A stretch of 63,700 nt of DNA, counting the filler, from Dugesia japonica (taxonomy: Eukaryota), in the NCBI GenBank assembly GCA_001938525.1. It is 4 parts of 4 records of this genome, joined end to end, with 100 filler letters (N's around TTAATTAATTAA, not from the genome) between each part and the next. Parts side by side here need not be neighbours in the genome. Positions count along the whole stretch, not along the records: positions 46,859 to 63,700 come from MQRL01599911.1; 3 more parts are not named here. One strand, written 5' to 3'. The notes under the pieces are model-generated. The model saw nothing but the letters and a program-made list of their open reading frames with translations, was not told where the DNA came from and searched no databases. This document shows positions 54,391-63,700 of the stretch, in pieces (the stretch's first letter is position 1; each line of letters starts with the position of its first letter). A program made the translations under genes and the position numbers.

Positions 54391-57300
54391 NNNNNNNNNN
54401 NNNNNNNNNNNNNNNNNNNNNNNNNNNNNNNNNNNNNNNNNNNNNNNNNNNNNNNNNNNNNNNNNNNNNNNNNNNNNNNNNNNNNNNNNNNNNNNNNNNN
54501 NNNNNNNNNNNNNNNNNNNNNNNNNNNNNNNNNNNNNNNNNNNNNNNNNNNNNNNNNNNNNNNNNNNNNNNNNNNNNNNNNNNNNNNNNNNNNNNNNNNN
54601 NNNNNNNNNNNNNNNNNNNNNNNNNNNNNNNNNAAGATGTAGAAATAATTAAAACCAATGAATTATTAAGAAGTGCAAATGATAGTAAATTAGAAACTAT
54701 GGGTAAAATTGATATTAATGTCAAATTAGGAAATTAAAAGAAGAAAATAACATTTATAGTGGTAAAAAAATATTATCCCGGATATTATTGGTGGTATTGA
54801 GTTTCAAAATCAATTTGGTATAGAACGGACATGGATAGAGAAAATAAAAGAAAGAACAGAATATTTTATATGTGATATGGAAGCAAAATATAGCAGAAAA
54901 ATCATAGATGATGAAAGCTTACGATGTGCAATAGAAATTTTGAAATTGAGCAAAAATAATAGAATAATTGAAATCGCGCAAAGAAATAAAAATGTCTTGA
55001 TGACAGACAAGTGGGATATTGGGTGCACGGCTTTAATTGAACACATAATTAAAACGAATGGAGGGCTGATAAATATAAAATCAAGAAGGCAGCCTGTAAA
55101 TTTAGAAGGAAAAATAAATGAAGCTATAAAAAATTTAGAGGACAATGATATAATCAGGAGATGCAATTCACCTTGGAATACACTTTTGGTATGTGTATGG
55201 AAAAAAAAGAAAAGAAAGATAATGATTGTGTCTAGATTTTAAATAATTGAATGAAATTACGGAAAGACAAGCATTCCCTATGCCAAATGTCTAAAAGATT
55301 TTGGATACATTACATGGTTCTAAATATTTAGCACTATCCATCTAGGCAACGCTTATTACCAAGTAAGATGTGATAAAGAATCGCAAGAAAAAACGGCTTT
55401 TTCCACAAAGGAGGGTCTATTTTGTTTTAATAGAATGCCATTTGGCGTTGCGGCAGCTTCTGGAACATTCCAAGAATTGATGAATAAGATAATAAAAGAG
55501 ATGTGGAAGGATAGAGTAATAGTATATTTAGATGACATTGGGATTTTTACCGATTCTATGGAAACACACTATATTATATTGGAAAAGGTTTTGAAGACAA
55601 TTAAAGACGCAGGATTAAACATTAATCCAGAAAAATGCCAACTGTTAAAAAAAGAAGTTAAGTTTTTAGGTTTTATTATAAATGATAAAGATATTCAAAC
55701 ATATCCGGGCAAAATAGAAATTATCCAATCATTTCAAAGACCAAATGCGTAAAAAACTTGAGGAGTTTCTTAGTCATATATAATTATTATCGAAGGTTTA
55801 TTAGAGATTATGCAAAGAAATCAAATCCATTAGAAGCTATGTGTGGGGAAAATAATTCAAAATTGATATGGTCTGATTTGTGTGAAAAAGCATTCGAAGA
55901 AATAAAATTAGCATTAAAAAGCTCTCCAATATTGAAATTCGCAGATTTCCGAATAGAATTTTTACTCGACACCAATGCAAGTTTTGATACCATTGAAGCG
56001 GTATTATCTCAAAAAGATGAATACAGACATGAACGTGTAATATCATATAGATCTCATTCCATGAATGGTCATGAACGGGGTTACTGTATTACTAGAAAAG
56101 AATGGTTGGCGATCTACTATTTCTGTCGGCATTTGAATCACTACTTGTATGGTAAACACAAAGATTATAAAACGATTGCATTCATGCTTACTACTTAAAA
56201 ACCAAAAATAGCACAATTTCAAACATGGATCAATTATTTGAGTAGCCTGGATATTAAGATGGAATTTAGAAAAGATACAGGACATGGTAATGCAGAGATG
56301 CTTTCAAGAAATATATGCGGAACATGCGTACAATGTCTAATGGATCATAATAAACCAAAAGTAGGGCAATTAAAAACGAGACTATTAACTATCATGGCGG
56401 AAGATAATCGTAAAAATTAGAAAACTAATTCCAAAGAAATACCGAAAATAATTGAGGAGTTTAATAGACAGGAGACTGCTAAATTTATTGTTGAAAATGG
56501 CATTGTTTACACAAAGCATAACAAGATATGGGTTGCATCGTGCAATAAACAAGAAATGATTAAAAAGACTCATGTCTTACTGTGTCATGCAGGAGCAGAA
56601 AAAACAATGGAATATATTAAAAATAATTTCGATATGAAAGATTTGGTTGCTGAAGTAAAATGAATTATATCAGAATGTGATCAATGTCAAAAGACAAAGA
56701 TAGTAACGACAAAAGTAAAAGAAGACACCAAAGTAGTAGTGGCAAATGAACCGTTAGAGAAAATATACATGGATATATGTGGACCGTGGAAAGAAACACT
56801 AAAACAAGAGAGATATATTTGTGAAATGATTGACCACTACAGTAAATATATAGTATTGACTGCTATAAATAAACAAGATGAAAAGACAATAGTCAAAGTT
56901 TTACTGAATAATTGGATACTAAAATTTGGGCATCCGAAGGAATTACACGTAGATTGTAGGAAAAGCTTTGAAGCAAAGAGTGTAAAGGAAGTGACAAGTT
57001 CAGCTGGAATTGAGCATATATTCTCTAGTCCATACCATCACAATACCAATGGCATGGTAGAAAGACAGTTTCGAACCATAAGAAAATACATAAATGCATC
57101 ATTAAAAAATAGAGTCAATACGAATTGGGCAGATATATTACCAGAAATTGAGTACACCTTGAATTTGAAAACTCAGAAAACCAATGAAGTAAGCCCAGCA
57201 GAAATTGTATTTGGAAGAAAAATAAATAGATTAAAATAGTTTAGTAACAGCAAAGTAGATAGAGAAGCAATGATGATGAAAATTGAAACACAGAATAAGG

Positions 57301-58129
57301 AAGATAACATAAGAACAGCACAGAATTTGAATGTAGGAGACGATGTTCTAACTAAACAAGAAATACGTAATAAAGATCAAGATATATATGAAGGACCATG
57401 TACGCCCATCAAGAAAATACATGAAAGAAGTTATTTACTAAGAGATGTTACAGGGAAAACAGTGATTAGAAATATAGAGAAGATTAAAGATATTAAGTAA
57501 TAAAAGATTTAAAACTCAATTAACTTAGCGACAGCTAACAGTACTCATCAAGGTAGAAACCAGAAATAAATGCCAAAACAGATTTGAAGGACTTTATCGA
57601 ATAATTGAGAAAATTTACGAAAGACGGTATGCGGTCCAAGAAGAAAATTGACAGCGATTAGAAAGAAATGTGTAAAAACTAAGAAAGTTTCTTAAGAAGG
57701 GAGATTTAAGGAAATAATTATAAATTAATAATTAATTCAGCCAATAAAAATTGATTATATTGTAGATAAATATTTTTAGGGTTCTATTCTTATGTAACTA
57801 TAAAATTAAGATAGCGTTGTGAAGTGAAATAAATTATGTCTAAAAATCGTTGTGAATTTTGAAAATGAATAAGAATTGAAGAATTATCTAATAATATATA
57901 TTTATTTTTCTTAAATATTTTAATAATTGTTTCAGTAAACTAATTAGATATTATTTAATCTTGTTCACCCGCTCCCTCCTTCATTTAGTTGACATAATTA
58001 ATGGATTAAAAATATAATTGATAAAACTAATTTAATTAATCAAAAGCTAACTTCCGAAGGCTTCAATACAGAAATTTGATTAACTTATTGCAAACGAGAA
58101 ATATCTATAATCAAATATTAACATACTAC

Positions 58130-58455
58130 CGGTGGCGTAGTGAGCATAACTGGAGCCCGTAGAACAATACTCTTTGACTCTCCCACCTTCCAAAAACCCG
58201 AAAAACATAAAGTAATTTAATATATAGCAGTGATTCTTAAACTTTATCGATCGTAACCCCTTGCCAAAAAATTATTAAAACTATTTAAAATTACAAAAAA
58301 ATAAAATAACTCTTACAAGTGCAGATTAACTATGGTAGATGTCAAGTAGGAAAATATTAAGCCGTAATTAATTAATTAAGTTTAAAAAACTTTTTTGGAC
58401 GTAGAAAATTTATCATGCATTTTGGCATCATAGACCCCTTCTCGCTACGCCCCTG
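58130..58455. mobile_element. hAT-type MITE (326 bp)
   Basis: TIRs CGGTGGCGTAGTGAG / CTCGCTACGCCCCTG; 8-bp flanks CATACTAC / CATGCTAC (7/8). Confidence 0.85.
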
Positions 58456-59689
58456 CATGCTACCAATTAATTAAACAATTTTTAAAACCACACAAAATTC
58501 AAACAACTTTGTAAAAACTATATTTAATTAGAAATTACATGAGCAATATAATTAAATAAAAATATTGTACATTAAAATAAACATTGTAACACTTTATTTT
58601 AAGAATTACCACAAAACTTAAAATACTTATCGTTGTTATTTACAAAGGGTTTTTCATCAAAATCAAAATTCAGTATCAAAACATATAATACAAATTGAAA
58701 AATTTTATTTTAATAACGATAAATAAATTTATTATTATCTAATATTTTAATATATTTCACAAAATCTTCTTACTAAATGTAATTGTCTGATTTTTCATTT
58801 GTAGCAGTGCATAAAATATTTTTTAATACGATTCTATCATTAAATATTCTAAGGAATCACTTTATTTAGAAAATTTTAAAAAAAATTTTAAAAGCAGTTC
58901 TAGAAATTTATTTTTAAAGAAAATTGCCGACTTATAGTTTCTTAAGCAAAATTATTATTATTGATATTATTGTTTGATGAAATTGAAGTACTCATAGAAT
59001 CGTCAATATCAAAACTTAATTACATAGAAAATTTATTCACAAAACAAAACTATAAATATGAATTTGCTTTTATCAAATAAATTTAAAATTTAAATTCTAA
59101 AACGGAAAATATCAAATATTAGTATTATGAAAAATGTTTTAAAATTTAATCAATGTCAAATTTAAAAATACATTTTATATATTTTATCTTATTTAATATT
59201 TTTCAAAATTTTACTAATGTCAAATTTAAAATTACAGTAAATATTTAACAAAAACTGATTTTAATAAATTCCGCCTCAAAATACAAAAAATTAAAATCTG
59301 CTTTTAAAATCTTACAATTATTATAATTATTATTGTTGGGGTTCCACCTGAGTTAATGCGGATGAGAAACGCTGGCCAGGGAAAAAACGGCCCTCAAGGG
59401 ATACCCTTCAAGAATTTAAATCTAATGTCCCTAGATTAGATATTCAGTGCAAAGCNGTTGACCTCTAACCCTTACTTGGNTTCGTATTCATTTCTCTATT
59501 ACTGTAGTCATCAAATAAATAAGCAAAATGTTAATATTAATATGTATTAGTTTATAAATTACACCTTAAAGAAACATCATTAAATAAATTATTTCTCTTA
59601 AAATAGAGGAAATATTAATTAAGTAAACAATTCGGAAGGAAGAATTTAATTAAGAAAAGATCATCATTTATTTATGAAACCAACAGATA

Positions 59690-60651
59690 TTAAGATCGTG
59701 ATGTCTGATTACCCTTATCAACCATTAAAGGTTCGAGGGGCATCGCTGCTTTTAGTTTTAAAATATCGTGGACCAGTTTATTCTCTCGGTCTTGGTATGA
59801 CCGGATGACCTCGGTGAAAAACTCTATTTGAGCATTCCATACTCTCTCCTGGGTATGTGACACTTCAACCTCCTTCCTAAATGCGGCGCATTTGGTCTTA
59901 TCTCGCTTTACTTTTGCCTCCGCCAAAGCAGTATCGACCTCCTACCGTCCCTTGGCAAGGCGATATAGGTCCCAGGTCATCTCCTGGTTCTCGCTAGTCT
60001 CACGCACTTTCTTAGTTAGTGCTGAGATTCTAGTTAATGAAGAATGCACTGAAAGGAGAGATATTATTAAATTATTGATAGATAGTGGAAAATCGTTTAA
60101 AACGAGTTTCATATAAAACATATAACGAATGTTATGCAAATTAACTCGTGCGAAAAATCAGATTAAGAAGTAGTTATAAACAATCACGATCCCTAGTTTT
60201 TATTAACATTAAATTTGACGACACGAACCATCATCGACAATCAAGAGTTATTGTTTTCTACAACATCAGCATATTCTTTATGAGCACCCGGTGCTGCATT
60301 ACGTAGGTCCCATAACGTGTCACCAATGAATGCGCTCAAAATAGAGAAGGATGGAAGATGAGCCGCTGAGACTGGGATCATTGATAGGCATTCCCTCCAA
60401 TCCCTGATAGTACTAAACTCCTCATTTTGAATTGGGGGAAAAGTGGGACCAATATGGGCCTGTTTATTCATAGTAGGCTCTCTGCTCGGCCGCGTCCCAT
60501 TCTCTTTCATTCTTCGCGTCTTCCTTTGACAAGTCAGTGTAGTCTGTGAACACCCCAGCGTTACGGTCATGGGGGTTTTATATCTTTTAAAAATCAACCG
60601 GCCGGTACGCCGATAATAAAGGGTTTCCCATTTATAGTCCATCTCACAATC
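59690..60651 (-). pseudogene. Two exons (60651-60229, 60048-59690) of an unknown helical/coiled-coil protein; further probable exons at about 60800-61230
   Basis: TTACAG and CTCCTTTCAG acceptors, GTTCGT donor. The last exon is 119 codons in one frame with a single TAG (59942-59944), with AATAAA about 20 nt after the stop. The penultimate exon needs at least one frameshift. Confidence 0.6.
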
Positions 60652-62639
60652 CTGTAATGTTATCAAATATAAAATATCATTAAGAAAAAGAAGTATTTGT
60701 TTAATGTAACCCTTATCAGCATGAACACGCAGAAGCCTTTAATTATTTTTTATTTAAATAAACACATAAATCAGATGTTTTTAATTAAGTTGGTTTGGTT
60801 TCTTTATCCAGATCCACGTCAAACTTTAGCGGGAACAACTTGGCGAAACATTGTTAGTCTGTTTTGTCCGAATGTTCAACCTTACCACGAGACAAGATGT
60901 GAGCCACTAATTGTCTCAAACGGCTGTTCTACGTTGCCTCCGAATCAGTTTGAGGGTATTTCGTAACTTGGTTGACATTTTCTACAATTAAGATATAGAT
61001 TAAGGCCTACCTAATTTCAGGATTACTCGGCGTGAGATGCAATATCGGCAAAAAGATACTATGCGTGAATAACCGGTGCTTGCATTATAATAATTAGTAA
61101 GTCAAAATAATAAACCGGTTGTTATATAATTTTAATTGGGAGATGTATATCATTTATGTGCAACCCGTTAACTTGCTGAGGTTAGGAGGATTACTGATGA
61201 TAATACTAATGAACCGATCTGGCCATGATGTTATAATAATAAACTTAACAGGTTAATTATATTATCATTATTAAAAATGGAAATATTAATAACAAACGAT
61301 TATAATAATAAATGAATAAATACCTATTTGAATTTAAATAAACGACGATTGAGTGACCGATTTGTACTCGCGATAAATAATAATAATCAATATTGAGATA
61401 ATAGATTCATAGTAGGGACATTTTATTTAATGGACATTAACACAATCCCACTAATAGGTAGGGGAGCCTTGACTTTAATGTTTATTTATTGAGATCCAAT
61501 GACTGGTTGTAATCTCATCGAGTAAAAGTTTCCACAGTTCCGACGAAACTGACTTATCGATCATCAAAGTGTCGCTGTAACGTTAATGAACTAATTATTT
61601 TCCTGGGCAACGAAATCAAATTCCTTCATAGATAAACCTTCCAGCTACATAAAGATGGTTTTCTGGTTTCAAGTATATAATACGACTGACAGAGACCGTT
61701 TTTAGACTATTTTTTCCAGACTGTATTTTCCAGTATATTAAATTATAGAAATGTGCCATAATATTGCAACTGGATGAATTCTAACGTTATTCATTAAATG
61801 ACCAGAATCAAACTTAATATAAATGATTCTTTTCTTTTTTCTATCGAAACATACTCATCGAAAATTTTGCATAAGCTATTGGTTCTGTGTATTAATAACG
61901 TATCTTTATTTTTTCCTTTTGCAATTCTTATGGCTAAATAGAGTGAGTCAGAGTTTATTATCGCTTGCGTATGTGTGCCGACAGGTCACACAATTATTAG
62001 TCAACGCATTTATCTATTTTGGATTGTCATCATGTGTTTAGAGTAGAAGTTGTTGTTATCGAACGATGAGATATGTTAGAGTATTACTGAACTAGCTAGT
62101 TGGCATATTCTATTAGTTGAGTGTAATGAGTGCTTGATAATTTATCCAAATTTAGTAACAAATATTGATGAGAAATCTAACAACAACTGCTGGTTTTTGT
62201 CTAAATTAACGAATGCAGGTATTTATAGTACAGATAAATTAACTATTAGAGTAATAAATAGCAACCCAAACATTTTATTAATCACATAAAAGCCAAGCCT
62301 CTCCTATCCATAATATGGACAAAATTTGTTATCAATCATATGAATTTTGCAATTACAGACATAAATATAATAAATAATTACTTTAATTTGGGTAAAGAGA
62401 TTCTGTCACAACAGGGAACTGATCAAACGAATAACACTTATTTTCTTCCAAATTGAGAGGTTTCAAACGACACTATCTTTTTTCTGGTTATCAAAATAAT
62501 TTTCTTCTGCAGGTGAAAATACACTGATTAATAAATGTAAGTTAAAATCGTGATCTTACAATGATTGATTAACGGATTAGTTTCGCACAGATATTTCCTT
62601 GAAATGATAATCGTTTTACGTATAGGTATACGAACGCAA

Positions 62640-62860
62640 GTTTATTAATTGACTGATGTTTTTATTATATTTTTGTCTGAATTTTGAAGCCCTTTTATAG
62701 CTTTCAAAATGCAACCCGGCATGATCCTCATTGNNNNNNNNNNNNNNNNNNNNNNNNNNNNNNNNNNNNNNNNNNNNNNNNNNTTTATTATATTTTTGTC
62801 TGAATTTTGAAGCCCTTTTATAGCTTTCAAAATGCAACCCGGCATGATCCTCATTGGCCG
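62640..62860 (-). promoter_or_regulatory. Pol II promoter-like array: GGCCAATG, CTATAAAAGGG, TCAGT, AATAAA
   Basis: CCAAT at 62857-62853, TATAAAA at 62822-62816 (duplicated at 62699-62693 across a 50-N gap), TCAGT at about 62656, AATAAA at 62646-62641. Confidence 0.55.
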
Positions 62861-63700
62861 GCTAATTTTATTTCAAATTTTTGTAATTTCATTGGTGTTG
62901 ACCTGAATTTCCAAGAATTTTTCATCGTTTTCTGTTAATCTATTGGTGCCTATTTTTGGAGCACCTTGTGACTTTCTTGACTTTGCTCTATTTTTCTTTT
63001 CTGGTCCCTCATTGTAGGGGCTTCCCTGATGATCCCACGATTTTCAGGTTACTAAATCCTATTGCCCCAGATCTTTTTCTTTCTAGATTTTTTTGCTAAG
63101 AGTTTCTGCGATTATCCTGAGCAGAGATATTCATAGAAAACTGATTTTCGGCTAATTTAAATTTATTTTATTTCAAAATTAATTAATATTTTTCCGATAA
63201 TTAATTTTTTCTCCGTAATACTTTTCTTGCCTTTTATTACTAATTTTATAATTTTTTTTGATTATTGTAATTGATGTGGGCCAGATTTGTTGACTCAAGG
63301 TCTTCATATCCATGTTCTTTGTATTTTGATCTTTTATTCCTTATAATTTATCTATGCTGACTTTTTCTTAATTATTTTTCTTGGGGCTTCGATGTATTTT
63401 TTATAACTCTTCAGTCGAAACTATGTGGTTCTTGATTGACCTTCTTTCCGGACCCCCTTTCTCCATCATTTCTTCGTCTTGGGACCTTGGCTTTGTTTTT
63501 TCTCTACAGACCGGGTGTTTTACCTCAACATTATTATTGGGGCGAAACGCCCAGAGGAACGATAATCAAGGTTAAAAGAGGTCACGAATGAACAATACCC
63601 AATTAAAGAACCAGAAGAAAGCCAGAATAGAAAATCCAGACAATAATATTAAATAGAAAACCTAGAAGATCAAATTCAATGTGATTAATTATAGTAATCA

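Larger units (their letters stand above)
52316..57540 (+). mobile_element. Near-complete Ty3/Gypsy family B element with exact 5-bp TSD GTACT
   Basis: Starts TGTTAG (52316), ends CTAACA (57540); GTACT at 52311-52315 and 57541-57545. 5' LTR 52316-52562, gag 52562-53632, LLDTG protease, YLDD RT, RNase H, integrase. Only about 40 bp of the 3' LTR remain. Confidence 0.95.
49760..57893 (+). mobile_element. Ty3/Gypsy family A element (49760-52315 plus 57541-57893), interrupted by a family B insertion
   Basis: Four zinc knuckles, protease, RT 5' half, deletion to the RNase H end, integrase. The frame FKVGNFV|LIKVETRNK resumes after the insert. PPT AAGAAGGGAGA, then a 3' LTR at about 57705-57893. 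Confidence 0.88.
59334..63530 (-). mobile_element. Putative giant (4.2 kb) solo LTR containing a spliced gene
   Basis: Termini TGTTGGGGT / ACCTCAACA (8/9 inverted match, TG...CA), TTAT on both flanks, a composition shift at the left edge, an internal CCAAT/TATA promoter and exon-like ORFs on the minus strand. Confidence 0.55.

Noticed and set aside
2258-56573. Many 60-120 aa ORFs in the track (e.g. 2258-2452, 8030-8371, 19941-20198, 27207-27476, 38060-38380, 54810-55166) and ORFs made mostly of X
   Set aside because: Antisense or off-frame shadows of TE genes, or frames kept open only by N runs.
57526-57704. PBS-like TAGCGACAGC followed 170 bp later by a PPT, read as a TRIM-like mini element
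   Set aside because: Explained by nesting: the motif is the end of the family B LTR, and the following DNA is the displaced family A integrase tail (TSD GTACT).
62661-62855. Tandem duplication of the TATA-containing promoter, and the repeated-peptide ORFs 62616-62854
   Set aside because: An exact overlap of about 72 bp either side of a 50-N gap; same artefact type as 47234/47301 and 53652/54168.
1-63700. CRISPR arrays, rRNA, tRNA or prokaryotic operons
   Set aside because: No regularly spaced repeat-spacer array or recognisable structural RNA was seen; the sequence is eukaryotic with spliceosomal introns.

Overview
Very AT-rich, gapped draft sequence from an animal genome with kilobase introns. 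Composition and TE content are compatible with an invertebrate such as a planarian, but the species cannot be fixed from this window. Three identical 100-nt artificial spacers (44N-TTAATTAATTAA-44N) split it into four joined pieces: 1-12002, 12103-27963, 28064-46758 and 46859-63700. The only host gene I can support is the 3' part of an FRS2/DOK-type adaptor gene, with phase-compatible exons at 964-1127, 7481-7580 and 10916-11193 and a probable last exon at 17890-17922. The rest is mostly decayed mobile DNA: three mariners, two DD41D (rosa) Tc1/mariner elements, a Tigger/pogo, two piggyBac remnants, hAT- and Mutator-like MITEs, at least five Ty3/Gypsy copies, an RLE non-LTR element with a Ulp1-like protease remnant (NeSL-like) and a Polinton/adintovirus-type protein-primed PolB pseudogene. 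One Gypsy is nested in another with an exact GTACT target-site duplication. The most interesting unexplained structure is a 4.2-kb TGTTG...CAACA-bounded unit (59334-63530). It looks like a giant solo LTR carrying its own CCAAT/TATA promoter, a spliced coiled-coil gene of unknown family and a polyA signal. The Gypsy copies also show a conserved candidate -1 frameshift signal, and one has a gag start codon overlapping the LTR end and PBS. All family assignments come from motif recognition by eye; no searches were run.
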